Assembly (NCBI GenBank): GCA_965153355.1
Contig: OZ231126.1
Span: forward strand, 34,968,001-35,032,000
Direction: 5' to 3'
Source of the DNA: Flaccisagitta enflata
Lineage: Eukaryota
Length of the DNA stretch: 64,000 bases
The notes below the pieces were generated by a model. It was given only the letters and a program-made list of their open reading frames with translations, was not told where the DNA came from and made no database searches. A program made the position numbers and the translations under genes. Positions 28,344 to 42,085 of this stretch are shown here, one piece after another (within the stretch, counting starts at the first letter, position 1; every line of letters starts with the position of its first letter).

Positions 28344-28444
28344 CTTTGAGCCAGCATATCTCCCTTTGCTCTATCATTGGCACAGCACAGGTTTAGGATT
28401 GTATCACCAAGGAAGTTTTTTCTTCCACCAACGTCATCGTAATA
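28344..28444 (-). CDS. ABCA: ABCA loop exon: YYDDVGGRKNFLGDTILNLCCANDRAKGDMLAQ(R)
   Basis: Acceptor cttcttttag, donor AG|gtaagt, 101 nt; only the phase 0-2 frame is open. Confidence 0.65.
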
Positions 28445-28598
28445 CTAAAAGAAGTATTTGATAAATTGCTCATAGAGTACGGAAAATCAGGCAGAATGAG
28501 ATACAACACCATAAAAACTGCATTTTCAAGGACAATAATGTGTTTTTTTTCATGAAAAAAGTAAATCAAATTTCCGACTCAACAAAAAAAATCAGAAC

Positions 28599-30200
28599 TT
28601 ACTATCTAGAGCAAAAGTATGGCAACACCATAAGACTCTATTTACCTATTTATTAAATGGTACATAATTTGATTCTAAAAAACGTTCAATATTTGGTGTA
28701 CTCTCCTTGGGCATCAATGACCGCCTTCATAGGCCTCAGCATGCATTTGTAAAGAGTTTTCAGATAAGTTGGCAAGATCTTCCTTTAGACTTTGAGATTG
28801 ACTCTTTTTAGCCTTGCTATATAACCAAAGTTTCAAGTCCTTTGCTTTAGAGCTGATTTGGTTGAGAACAAAGCGGGGTTGAAATCTGGACTGTCCCCCA
28901 GCCAACCACAATAAAGCTTTACGCCATGTTTTGTGTGCCATTTCTTCCTTGCAACAGCGCAATGTGTCAAAGTGCCATCTGTTGATAATTGACTCCCTTT
29001 TTTTTTGCCATTTTTAATTAGGAGCTGCAATCTTATTTTGTCTGTCATTTCTAAGAGCTTTGACTTGAATGAATGCAGTTTACGTCATTGAATCAGAAAT
29101 TTGATCTTGTTTCAGAATCGCACTGATTTTTATATGGATTTTTTATTTTAAGAAAAGACATTGCTCAAAACATCTGTTGCCATACTTTTGCTCTACAGGG
29201 TGTTTCACGCGTTTTGAGGTTTAAAGAATCGACATAACTTTTCTCCTAGAAAAGCTATTCCAATTCTGAAAAAAGGTCTGAATAGATCTTGAAGTGCAGT
29301 TTTTTTATGTCACCAATTTTTTGTATTTGCGCTTTTTACCTTGGGAGCTACGGGAGTTTAAAGTAAACAACATTATCCGGTCAACTAAACATGGTAAAGA
29401 AAAAAATAGACTACTTCTTTTTCAAGTTTCTGGTCAACTATTGGCCTGAACGACAGAAAATCCATGACTGTTTAAAAGCTTTGCAAAAAATTTCAAAATG
29501 CGACGTTGCTGGACATTGTAGCTTCATTCATTTAGAAATGGCAAAAGATTGAAGAAAAAAATCACAGATTGAAAAAAATGCTCATTTTAATTTTTTTCCA
29601 TCGAGAAATTTTGCTCTTTCCGTTTTTGTCAATTACGTAACTCAGGATTGTCTTAGCTACTCGATATCCATGAGCAAATTAAAGAGCTATGAATTTTCTA
29701 TAAAATGGAGCCAAGAACCAATTTCTAACTCAATTCGTTTAATTCCTATGTTACAATAAAGATAGCCCATGAAAATCAGGTGGTACTGACTTTCCAAATT
29801 CTTGACCACCTGTCTTCATTCTTCTGCCATTTCTAAACAGATAGAGATATGACAACCAGCAAGGTCTCATTAGAAAGATCTTTCGCAGAGCTTCAAAATG
29901 GTCATGGATTTTGCTATGTTTTTCTTATTGCTTGGATGTGAAACACTAACAAACAAGTAGTTTGCTTTTTTTTTTTGCAATAGTTATCCAGATTTAAGAC
30001 GCTGGCTGGATATGGTTGTTTTTTTCAAACTTACATAGTGGGCATATTTAAAAGCGCAGGTACAAAAAATTGGTGACATAAAAAAACTGCACTTCAAGAT
30101 CTACTCAGACCTTTTTTCAGATTTGCATTAGCTTTTCTTGGAGAAAAGCTATATCGATTCTTTAAACCTCAAAACGCGTGAAACACCCTGTAGATAGTAA
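28599..30200. mobile_element. TIR element with 9-bp TSD (Mutator-like)
   Basis: TSD AATCAGAAC at 28590-28598 and 30201-30209; TIR TTACTATCTAGAGCAAAAGTATGGCAACA; the right TIR is split by a MITE. Confidence 0.75.
29196..30190. mobile_element. Tc1/mariner-like MITE with long TIRs
   Basis: TA|CAGGGTGTTTCACGCGTTTTGAGG...CCTCAAAACGCGTGAAACACCCTG|TA. Confidence 0.92.
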
Positions 30201-30632
30201 AATCAGAACTTAAAATCTGAACTTAAAAATGTTGATATTTGCACTTTTTTTGTTGATTTTACTGAAAATGTGCAGCGTTTCTTAAACACCGGTTGTCCCA
30301 CCTCTTTAAAGAAATTGTTTGAAGAAACCAATATTTCATATTCGGTGTAGGTGGATTTCCATTATTGAGGGTATGGCTGTGGGCTGAGTCACTGACATCC
30401 AAATGAATTGTTATACTCCGGATCATGAATCAGTCATTACAAAACGGTTGAACATTAAAAAGTAGCTTTTATTCTTTTGAGTATTTAAAAATTCTCTCGC
30501 TCTCTCTCTCTCTTTCTGCTTAGTTGCGGACACGCAACTCTATAAGAGGCTTTGTCCGTTGGTCCGTCCGTTGGTCCGTTGGTCCGTCCGTGATGATCGA
30601 GTTGAAAAGTGTAAAAATGAGCGTTTAAGATA

Positions 30633-31985
30633 CAACGGCGTCCCTCCGAAGGCAACATTTGTGTTTCAAAGAAGGTCAAACTAGAACAAATGTATTAATG
30701 AAAATGCAAAAATTAGTATATATAAGTGATTGAGATGGCTCAGACATAATATTCTAATGAAAAATTTGATTTATTTAGCAAGAGGACCAAGTTTAGCCAA
30801 TGTTACAAATTTCTTTTTTTAGTTGCGGACACGCAACTCTATAAGAGGCTTTGTCCGTCCGTCCGTCCGTCCATCGGTTGGTCGGTCGGTCCGTTGGTGA
30901 GCACGAGTCGAAAAGTGGGAAAACGCGCACATCCGCCCCTGCCCACCCGTCCGCAACTGGTGGCCGTGTATCCGGCCTTGTTTTTTTCAAATAAGTGCTT
31001 ATTTTATTTTTGGTCACTGATAGGGGGCATAGGAAATGAAAAATGAAAAAATTAAGAACATAGTTCTCTTCCCAAATCGATTACAGAGAGAACTATGTGG
31101 GTGGGCAGGGGCATCCAACCTCCATCCACACTCCAACCCCCTCCCTACTCACAAAAAGTATGATGGCTAATTTTTGAAGGAAAATGATGTGTTTCACCAT
31201 ACTTTTTGCATCATTATCAGGACAATCATGAAGCTGGATTGCTTTTAGTGGATAAGTTGTCTCTAGACACTTGGTGCATTCATTTTTATCATATTCTGAC
31301 TTTCAATGTAATTTGAGCTATGCAATTTGCATGAATACATGCAGGAAAATGATGTTTTTAGATGCGTCCTCGCATCTCTATAAAAGGGTGTGTCCCTACC
31401 TACCTACCTACCTACCTACCTACCTACCTACCTACCTACCTACCTATCTACCTACCTACGTCCGTCACAAGAACATTTCAAAATGCGATTTCTATGTCTC
31501 TCATGCTTCTTGTAAGAGAAATAAGAGATATAAGAGACAAAAGAGAAATAAGAAGCATGAGAGACATATAAGAGACAAAAGAGACAAGAGAGACATAAGA
31601 CATATAAGAGACATGACGATACATGAAGAGACATAAAGAGAAATGAAGAGAAAACCTTAGAAATCGCATTTTGAAATGTTCTTGTGACGGACGTAGGTAG
31701 GTAGGTAAGTAGGTAGGTAGGTAGGTAGGTAGGTAGGTAGGTAGGTAGGGACACACCCTTTTATAGAGATGCGAGGACGCATCTAAAAACATTATTTTCC
31801 TGCATGTATTCATGCAAATCGCATAGCTCAAATTACATTGAAAGTCAGAATATGATAAAAATGAATGCACCAAGTGTCTTTAGAGACAACTTATCCACTA
31901 AAAGCAATCCAGCTTCATGATTGTCCTGATAATGATGCAAAAAGTATGGTGAAACACATCATTTTCCTTCAAAAATTAGCCATCA
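30633..31985 (-). mobile_element. TA-flanked element family R inserted in a HINE E variant (30519-32080), later rearranged
   Basis: Reverse complement of 37932-38544; the two HINE halves rejoin across it. Confidence 0.7.
30816..30984 (+). mobile_element. HINE family E
   Basis: tttt-agttgcggacacgcaact...gtccgcaact-ggtggccgtgtatccggccttgtt. Confidence 0.85.
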
Positions 31986-32047
31986 TACTTTTTGTGAGTA
32001 GGGAGGGGGTTGGAGTGTGGATGGAGGTTGGATGCCCCTGCCCACCC
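31099..32047. repeat. Near-perfect inverted duplication, arms 31099-31494 and 31658-32047
   Basis: Only a few differences over ~395 bp; 163-bp spacer. Confidence 0.95.
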
Positions 32048-32078
32048 GCCCGCAACGATATTGTGACCCCACGTCACT

Positions 32079-32133
<55 letters not shown>

Positions 32134-32178
32134 GTAAGTTGGATGCTCCTGCCCACCCGTCCGCAACGATATGCTCTC

Positions 32179-32277
<99 letters not shown>

Positions 32278-32359
32278 GAACACTAGTCTTGTCGGGTCCA
32301 CTGTTTTTCTGTCGGGCCCGCAAAATTTGATGGCAGTGGGCACGACCGGCCCGCTTAAA

Positions 32360-32549
32360 AACAAGGCCGGATACACGGCTACCCGGTCCCGTGTGGGTGG
32401 GCAGGGGCTGTAATTGAGGTCACCAGATCATTTGAGGCCAAAAACCACAAAAACCCAAAAAAAGTAAAGTGTGACGGACGGACGGACGGACGGAGCGACG
32501 GACGGACCGACAAAGCGGGGTGTAGAGTCGCGTAGCACGCGACTAAAAA
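32360..32549 (-). mobile_element. HINE family A (further copies at 33569-34126, 38736-38950, 39531-39739, 59580-59780, 61622-62702, 63781-63850)
   Basis: aacaaggccggatacacggc...(GGAC)n...agtcgcgtagcacgcgactaaaa. Confidence 0.85.
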
Positions 32550-32899
32550 TCACAAAGATCAGGGCTGTCAATCAGACAAGCCGGTGTCATTTGATTTGCA
32601 CATGTAACAATATTGATTTGGCTCAAAAAAAGGCAGCTATTGCCATGTAAGGCCGCCAAATACACCAAAATGACCAAGAAATGACTTATTTCGAGTTTTG
32701 TCTAAGAATAGTTAAAAGTATTGAAGATTCTTTTATTTATTCAAAGATGTAGCTTCAGTCAAGTAAAAGAAAATGAGGAATAGCAAAAAGTTCCTTACCC
32801 CATGGGTTTAAGTCAATTTGTTTGGGTCTATCCATCTGCAAGCGATCATAATCATTCATATAAAATGCTAAATTCTCAATCAAAATAAACCTGAGCGAC

Positions 32900-35800
32900 C
32901 TGATAGGGGCTTACCTTGTTGAATTACAGAAATCGCTTTAAATCGTTATGATGGAGATGATAGAGGTCAATAAGCACAGCTTAAGACGCGGATACTTCAG
33001 TTTTTCGGTTTTTTTTTTTTATCAAGGTTATCTTTTTCAGTTGAAAATTTTTCATTACCCGGTCTTAAGGCTTACATTTCCTCAAGGTAGTCAAATGATT
33101 AAAAATCTGTTTTCATGACTATTATGCAAACTGAGGATCTCTCTTTCAATTTCCAACTGTATAGCACTGGTCTGACCCGAATTAGAAAGCAAAAACAATA
33201 TCAGGAATGCCTTGGTCAAGCAAAGGGGAAATGAAACAGAGCAGGATTTGAACAACGGACTAAAGGAAGCTATCTCTCCTTCCTTAATCGCAAATTCTTT
33301 TTCCCAGGTCAATATTCCAAGAAATTGATTTCTATTCTCACCTCATGTCAGGCGATCAGCTCACCAGCCATAGACGCTTACTGCTTTTATAAATTTGTTA
33401 TTCAAAACTGATATTTAGGGAGACTAAAAAAGAGTTGATGAAAAAAATTGTTCATGAATACTACCTTTACCGTGTATTTTCTGTCAATTGTCATTTTATT
33501 GAATGGCAAAATGATGGTAATTTTCAAAACGTTCGCTAGCATGACTTGGGCAACGCAGGATTCTGAAATTTTAAGTCGCGTGCACGCAACTCTACATCCC
33601 ACTTTGTCCATCCGTCGGTCGGTCTGTCTATCTGTTGGTCGGTCGGTCCGTCACACTTACTTTTTTTTATCGATTTTATTTTTTTAAGTCATTTCAGGTC
33701 AATTAAGAGTATACTAAGTCATTCTAAGTCCAGGGTACGACAAAGTGCCCAAGCACGCAAGCATTGCTTGTAGGCAGCTGGCTGATTTTGTAGGCAGGAA
33801 GACTGAAACAATATTTTTAAAAACGTGATAACAAAAGAAAAAAAACTAAAAAGATTTGGAAAGCAAAAAGTGCTCTTGCTTGGAAAGGATTTGAAAAGAT
33901 TTTGTTTGATTTGCCCTATGATTGCACAGTTAGATATATGATCCATTTTTAGCATATCATACAATAAAGATGTTCATAAAAATTTTGTAAGCAGAAGCTG
34001 GTAAGAAAATGTTGCTTGTAGGCAGCAAAAATTTTTGTCAAACCCTGTCTAAGTCATTTTAAGTCATTCTAAATTTAAGTCTCGCACGCGACCTGTAGGT
34101 GTTGGGCCAACAATGTTGGCCTTGTTATTGCAGAAGAAGAAGACATTTTGCTAAGAGAGACCCGGAATTTTTTCTTTTTTAAAGCTACTGGTCACTTTGT
34201 GGTTTTGTTCTGAAGAAATGTTCTTAGATTTCTTGTATGTAAAATAATGAAATTTAATTCTTTTTCGCAGGTCTTCCCATCTCACATGTCTTCTCCCTCA
34301 TCAGGAGAAATTTCAGCGCCCACATTGCCCAAGTCAGGCTAGCGAGTGTTTGAAAAATTGTAATTAGTTTTTGTCAATTTTCTAAAATTCTTTGTAGGGT
34401 TTTCTTACACGGGAACTACCTAGGAAAAAAGGCCTCGTTCACTAGATGAGGATGTTCATTTTCCGAATAAATATCAAGTGGGTTAGGGTTTTCTCCTTTT
34501 CAGTACCTCATCTAATGTCCCGCCTAGGCTATGACTGCTACTATTTGGCTTGGTGACAGTTTTCTCAGTTCTAAAATGAGTTATGCCACTGCATATTCTA
34601 GCGCAAATATTTTTCAGCCATTCAGTAAATATCATTAATTCCTCCTGTTTCGGAGGCTTACTTTTAGGAAAAATATTTTCAACTGTTGTGAAATCGGGAT
34701 TTAATGGAAAATTCATATAGTGGCTGATAAAAAATTCCATAATGATTTACTAAATCAACTAAAACAATGTTATGACTAGTATGTTGATAAATGCGCATTC
34801 CAAAACAGATTCATCTCTGATTGTTGTGCATTTTCAAAAAAGAGTAATCATGTTCAAATCGCTCTCATTTCTAATCGCTTTGAGCCACAAGAATGGGATT
34901 GAAGCCAAATGGTAGAACTTTTGAAGCAGTTTCAGAATACCACCAATTTTTCCTACTTATCACTACTAGAACTGTATTTAATACTTCCTATGGGTGAACG
35001 AAGACTTATTTCCTAGGTAGCATTCAACATTCTATAAAACAAAAAAAAATTCAGGGTAACTTCAATTTGAAGCAACGATACTCTTTAGATAGTAAAGCAT
35101 TGTTCCAATGATCAAAAGCTTTTTGCAATGTATTGATATGCAATGACTTTTCCATCCACCCAGAGCAGCAGTTTGGTGTAATTTGGGCATTCGAAACAGA
35201 TGTTTCCAGGCAAATCCTATGTTCCATTTGCATAATAAGAGGCCAATTTCCTCCAATCACATAATCACATGATTACATGATGACTTAAATTGTACTAATA
35301 GAAAATATCATAGTAGTAAACATTGTCGTAAACACGGCAGCATAAGTCGCGGACGGTTGGGCAGAAGTGGAAAACCTCAAAAAAGAACTTTGCAACGGAC
35401 CGACGGACTGACAGACTGTCAGACCAATAAGTGGTTTATGGAGTCGCGTGTCCACAACTAAAAATTACAGTACAGTAACTATGGCAAAGAAAACTAGCCA
35501 TCCAAGGATCGCACATGGCCAGCGGTACCCGATGCCCTGCTGGGAGTGATCCAGCGGAGAAATGGAGTGAGAGCAGGGCAGCGGCCCGAAAGGGCAGATG
35601 TCCTGTAGAACACGGGTAATTCCAGACACCCCGACCATCTCAAGCTAGGGGTTTGCTCGGGGTTGGCTCAGGGTTTAATCTCATGTTTTCCTGTTATAGA
35701 ATACGAGGTGGGTGGGCAAATTTGAGGCCTTGATGACCAATGGGGGGGGGGGAGACAGACTGAAAGATGAAAGGACGGAAGAATGGACGTCTGGAAATTT

Positions 35801-36290
35801 CCCTGTGTTCTATAGGACATTGGCCCTTTAGGGCCGCTGCCCTAAAAGCGAACACTTGGTTTTGCTTTACTATGGGTAGTATAGGAAGGTCAGAATTGAA
35901 AAATCAATCCGGTACCGATTTTTTGGGCTTAAGCCCCGCCAAAGCATGCACTGAGATGGTTCCAATGGATTTTTAGTGTTTTCAAGCGAATTTGAGATCT
36001 CTAACAGTATAAAAAAAAGTTGCAAATTAGTGATGGATCTTTGTCCGTGACCCTCATCTTTTAAGCTCATGAAATCTAAACGAATTGGCGAATCGACCTC
36101 AACTTGGTCGCATTTTAAAGAAGAAAGACAAATCTTCAAAATGAGACCAATCTGGGAATTGTGGCTGTATTCGTTTAGACGTAATGTATGAGCAAGAGAT
36201 CGTTTCACTGCAAGAGCTTAGAATTGGGGTATTACCCTACACTTTCATGAATGATTGGGTCAAGCGGTTTTTCAATTTTTTAACAGGAGA
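32900..36290 (-). pseudogene. Highly decayed L1/Tx1-like ORF2 3' half, split by later insertions
   Basis: Ordered fragments LKN*K..(G)RVI..NS, MPK..GG..KA, NLFWN, TWEKEF, LYSWKLKE..C resemble the post-RT and zinc-finger region. Confidence 0.4.
33731..34047. mobile_element. hAT-type MITE inside a HINE
   Basis: CAGGGTACGACAAA/TTTGTCAAACCCTG, 8-bp TSD TCTAAGTC. Confidence 0.88.
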
Positions 36291-37102
36291 ATAAATGGAA
36301 AAATATTGTGGACAGTACCTACGGTAAGCTTTTCTTGCGCTCTTTTTCTTTCTTTTTTTCAGCAGACTTTTCTAGTTATAGTTTTCTTAAAAATGCATGG
36401 GGGAGATTTGTTTACGAAAAAATCAAGGCGCAGAATGCCATGGAAACGACCGAATAAAACTCTTACAAACGGTTCTCCCAAAGTTGGTGCAACTTTAGTA
36501 GTCAAGGAGCTTAACGGCAAAAACTAAAGTGTATGGTCAAAATTGGCAAAAAACTCTGGAACTCCACTGTTCTGACATATTTTTTCATGCTGAACACAAA
36601 TCTGACCTCCGTTTTGGAATTTTTTTTGAGCCTCCCTTTCAGAAATCCTTTTTTTTGTAATTTTTGGGGTAAAAATGCACTTTTTGGTTATTTGGAGTAT
36701 ACTGTTATAGCCTGGTTGCGTATTTCAATCAAACCTAACAAGAACTGAAGTGAATTCACAGTTTACAAGAATCTGGCGGCCATACGGGGATTGCACAAGG
36801 CCAAAAACAGGCCTCATATAGCCCAAAACAGCCAAAAACAGCATTGTTTCCAAAAACATCAGTGTTATTAAAAAATTTCTTACCATTCACTCTCAATTAA
36901 GTCAGAACTAGGACAAATATGCTATTGAGAGCTTTAGACCCTGATCCGAGGGTTTTGACGGGCCAAGAACAGGCCAAAAATGGCCTAAAACAGAAAAAAT
37001 CAGCATTTTAATTGAATAGATCATTGATATTTCACCGATCTCACTCAATCCAGCCAGAGCTAGGTCATATGACGCACTGAAAATTAAACCGGAAGAACTT
37101 AC

Positions 37103-37204
37103 CCAGAGGACATAATTACCATTTCCATCACTGATTTTGCTCCAGTCAATATCTCTATCATTTTTTTCCAACCTTGACATGTTAAGTTATTAAGAATCTC
37201 CATT
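37103..37204 (-). pseudogene. ABCA: ABCA loop exon, damaged: NGDS**LNMSRLEKNDRDIDWSKISDGNGNYVLW
   Basis: Acceptor gattacag, donor gtaagt, 102 nt, phase 0-0 fits neighbours. Contains tandem TAA TAA, or two compensating indels giving MEILNNLTCQGWKKNDR. Confidence 0.55.
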
Positions 37205-37310
37205 CTGTAATCGCCAAATGAGATAAATGCATAATGATTGAGAGAAATTCGATGATAAAGTGCCAAAAAAGTGAAGAAATTATTCACAATCATCTCATCT
37301 CATCTCTTAG

Positions 37311-37447
37311 ACAGAATTACAAATTTGCAAAGAAAATCAAAATATCAACAAAATAAGAACATAGCGCGCTCAGTACATGATTTAGGAATCGCGCTATGTT
37401 CTTATTTTGTTGATATTTTGATTTTTTATGCAAATTTGTAATTCTGT
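37311..37447. repeat. Hairpin with ~57-bp arms
   Basis: acagaattacaaatttgca...aacatagcgcg / cgcgctatgtt...tgcaaatttgtaattctgt. Confidence 0.9.
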
Positions 37448-37931
37448 GTAGGTCATGGTAGAATTACAAATTGAATTTTTCTATGTTTTTCGCCTATTTT
37501 TCAACGATAAAATGAGAAGTTTAGAGGTCAAAATTGGCATGTGAAAGTTTATCCATGCAAAATATATCGATTCACAACTTTATTGAAAACACCTATGAAA
37601 AAAATTTCCGCCAATTTCATTTTATAAAAATGACGATTCATTGGGCATGGGTAGCAAATTCGATGCTAATTTTCAGTGCGACATATATACTCATTGAGAG
37701 CTTTGGACACTGCTATGAGGGGTCATAACAGGTCAAAAACAAGCCAAAAATGACCTAAAATAGCCAAAATTGGTATTTTTATTCAGTAGATCATTATTGT
37801 TATGAATTTTTTCGCTAATCTCACTTAATCCAGTCTGAACTAGGTCAAATATACTCACTTTTGGGCAAAGTTGCGCATTTTCAAATGAACTTGCTCATTG
37901 ACGCTTAGCGCAATCCTGAAATGCCCAAGTA

Positions 37932-38544
37932 AGACGGCGAATTTTTGAAGGAAAATTGAGTGTTTCACAATACTTTTTGCATCATTTTCAGGACAATAAT
38001 GAAGCCAGAATGCTTTTAGTAGACATTTTGTCTCTAAAGACACTTGGTGTATACCTTTCTATCATATCCTGACCTAAAATCTAATTTGAACTATGCGATT
38101 CACATGGAAATAAGCTGGAAAATGATGGTTTTTAGCAAATTTCTGCATACATTTTTTTTTATTTTCTGTGGTCTAAATTCTAAAAAAGCCATATACAGGG
38201 AAATTTTGCATTTTGAAAAACATAGTTCTCTCTGTAATCGATTTGGAAAGAGAACTATGTTCTTTGTTTTTTCATTTTTTCATTTTCCATGCAAATTTAG
38301 AATTTAGACCAGCCCCTTGTCAATGACCAAAAATGAAAAAAGGAGAAATTTTTAAAAAATCTTTTTTAGTGACACTGGCTAAACTTGGTCGTTTTTGCTA
38401 AGTGAATGCAAATTTTTCATTTGAATATTATGTCTGAGCTATCTGAAGTTTTTTTATTCATTTGTCTTTCCATTTCCATTCATTCATAATTTTCATTTTG
38501 ACCCTCTTTGAAACACAAATGTTGCCTTCGGGGGGACGCTGTCG
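37932..38544 (+). mobile_element. TA-flanked element family R
   Basis: TA|AGACGGCG...CGCTGTCG|TA; fragments also near 60650 and 62710. Confidence 0.65.
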
Positions 38545-39422
38545 TAAGAGCAAATCTTTTCATTTTAAAGCATATTTTGCTCATTTTTAAGATAGCCCGC
38601 TCATTTCTGAGCGGGACTGCTCATTTCTGAGCATCGATAACTCGTAATAGTGTACACCAACGCATTCCTTGCAACAAGACCTTTCCAACGATATGCTGGA
38701 CAATAAACTTTGCTTAATATTCAGAGTCTATTATGAACAAGGCCGGATACACGGCTACCCCAGTCGCGTGGGGGTTGGCAGGGGCCGTAATTGTGGTCAC
38801 CAGATCATTTGGGCAGGAGCAGTGAAGCCAAAAATCCCAAAAAAACCAAAAAAAGTAGTGTGACGGACCGATGGACGGACGGACGGACCGACGGACGGAC
38901 GGACGGACCGACAAAGCGGGGTGTAGAGTCGCGTAGCACGCGACTAAAAAGACGCCTCTATCAACTTGGACGCTTGGAGCAGCTTTGGATACCTTAGGCC
39001 AATATATTTGGCGCTACCGTAGCGATTTTTCAATTTCCATCATTTACCCCCCCCCCCCCCAATGACCACCCCCTGCCCACCTCAGAACCACCCCCGTGGC
39101 CCAAAAAATCGAAAAAAATTTTTTCTCAAATTTTGAAAATATTTCAACAAAATAGTGTACAGGGATGTCTTAAGCGATAGTAAATCACATTCTTCATCTT
39201 TATTTTTTGTTTTTTAGCCAGGAAAAATGGAAATTTCTTCATGAACTCAATTTCACGATTTTTTCCTCATGTTGAGTAAATAGCATCACCTCATTAGGTT
39301 CATGATTCTTTTTTCTCGCTGACCTGATTAGAAATACTCAGGATCATGTAACATTTGTGGGATTTTACCTTCCATCCCATACTAGATCCAAATCTGCAGT
39401 CAAAAATAGTCTCCGGTCAATA

Positions 39423-39805
39423 CAGTAAAACCTTGTTATAACGGATCCAAAAGTAGCAGAAATTCGCCTTTAACGGAAGTAATAACTTTGTCCCTTTATA
39501 TTACTTTCTTTTTGTTCTAACATTGACAATAACAAGGCCGGATACACGGCTACCCCAGTCGCGTGCGGGTGGGCAGGGGCCATATTTGAGGTCACTTCAT
39601 CATTTGGGCAGGAGCAGTGAGGCCAAAGAATGCAAAAACCCAAAAAAAGTAAAGTGTGACGGACGGACGGACCGACGGACGGACGGACCGACGGACGGAC
39701 CGACAAAGCGGGGTGTAGAGTCGCATAGCACGCGACTAATAAAAATCCAGCTTTAATGGATGAAATATGTTAGTCTCTGACATCCGTTATTGTGGGGTTT
39801 CACTG
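39423..39805. mobile_element. pogo-like MITE containing a HINE A
   Basis: TA|CAGTAAAACC...GGTTTCACTG. Confidence 0.65.
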
Positions 39806-40098
39806 TTAAGGCCTTGCGTATGGCGTTTTTTTCCTCGGTTTCGGTTCAGGTTCAGAATACCCCAAAACCTTTCTTCGGGTTTATGTCGGGTTTATGTCGG
39901 TTTTATAAATAAAGTAAGAAAAAGATAGATAGAAAAAAAATGAGAGAAAAAAAGGGAGAAAAAAAATGAGAGAAACAAAAGAAAAAAAAGAAAAAAAAAA
40001 CACATACAGACATAGTGAGACAGCAAAAAATGTGAGCAAGAAGGGAAAAAGAATTAGTTTGAACAACATAATAAGAAAAAAAACAAAGAAATAAATGC

Positions 40099-40378
<280 letters not shown>

Positions 40379-41867
40379 AACAGACAGAAAAACAAGATTT
40401 ACATAAGAACCGAAGAAGAAAAACTGAATGCTGGCCTAAAGCAAAACTCCTAGTTTGGCCTACAAAATGCTTTGGCCTCAAAATTTCTCCTCCAAAGGCC
40501 TTTTCACTGTCTTTCAATAGACTACGGGTAGTACAGGTACAAAATGATCCTCAAAATTTCCCTCATTTCCACTCTGTATGGTCGGTCTAACCTGAACTGT
40601 TTTTAATTTCGAGTGGGTTTCCCACCATACACACACATACACTAACACACACACACTAACACACATACAATAACACAAACACACACACACATTAACACAC
40701 ACACACATTAACACACACACACACAAACACACACACATACTAACACACTGACACGAAAAAGAAAAAAATAGGGAAATCTGAGGTTTGAGACTTTTTATCC
40801 AGTAAAAATAAGCACCGTATTACGCAAATAAAAGGGGTGATATTTTGGCACCATGTTTCTAGGTGCCCCCTAGCACATCTAAGCGAAATTAAGTCTGTTG
40901 GTTTTTATGCCATCTGTCTTTTGGTCACAATTTGGCACACCTGGAAAAAAAAACACATTGAATTGATCACTTCCCATGCATGCCCACATTACTGCCCCTG
41001 CCTAACAAAAAGCCACTACTTATTGGTCAATGATCACGTATCCCTCTGAGTATGGCGAAATGGTAGTTGACTTTCTAAAAACTCGCTCATTTTGAGCAAA
41101 CTTATGCATTTTGAGCAAACCTGCTAGTTTTTAGCAACACGCACACATTTGGCAAATTGACAGATATTGATCTTTATTGCTCATTTGAAGCAAAGTTGCT
41201 CACTTTTGAGTAAAGATTAAGCAAGGATGTTTTTTTTTGCCTTTTTTGAGCAAATTGGATTCGAGCTTATGCAAATTCCATTTGTTTAGAGCAAAGTCGC
41301 TCAAAAAGGACTAAAATAACTTTTTTAAGTTATTCTGGCTTACTCAGAGATGTACTTGCTCACTTTTGAGTAAGCTTGCTCATCTTTGCATAATACCTGT
41401 TCATTCTGATATGCATCAGTGAATCTTTTAAATTCTTTTTAGTCGCGGAGACGCGACTCTACACCTTGCCGTGTTGGTCGATCGGTAGGTCGGTATGTCA
41501 GTAGGTCCGTCACATTTTTTAATTCCAAGCGGTTTTTGCATCACTGCTCTTGCTCAACCGTTCGCAACTGGATTGCGGTGTATCCGGCCTTCTTTCTAAA
41601 GTTTAAACAGAAAAGCAAAAACAGTTAGTAATAGGGGGAACAACAAGACAACTCCCTTCCTCGATTTTTCATCAGTCTTCAATCATTAAACAGATAGTTT
41701 CCTTATATTCAAGCATAAGAAATGTTTTGAGGAAAAAATCCAAGAAAAAAGCTGCGGCATATGAATTCCAGTATGAACTGATTTTGATGCTTCACCTGAT
41801 AATTTTGGAATTTTTCCCAAGCCGCTGCAAGTCACATATTATTTTACTTTTTATGTGGCTCTGACTA

Positions 41868-42030
41868 AAACAAGGCCGGATACACGGCAATCCAGTCGCG
41901 GATGGTTGGGCAGGAGCAGTTATGCGAAAAACGCTCGGAATTCAAAAATGTGACGGACCGACGGACCGACGGACCGACTGACCTACCGACCGACACAGTA
42001 AGGTGTAGAGTCGCGTGTCCGCGACTAAAA
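41868..42030 (-). mobile_element. HINE family F (inverted sibling at 41436-41594)
   Basis: Minus strand: agtcgcggacacgcgact...tccgcgact...gccgtgtatccggccttgtt. Confidence 0.8.
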
Positions 42031-42085
42031 AGATATGATTTTTTCATGACTTTTTCAGAGTAATGTTGTCAATATATCATATGAA

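Noticed and set aside
34260-34510. Plus-strand acceptor-like sites suggesting exons
   Set aside because: No consistent open frame ending at a good donor; overlaps the minus-strand LINE relic.
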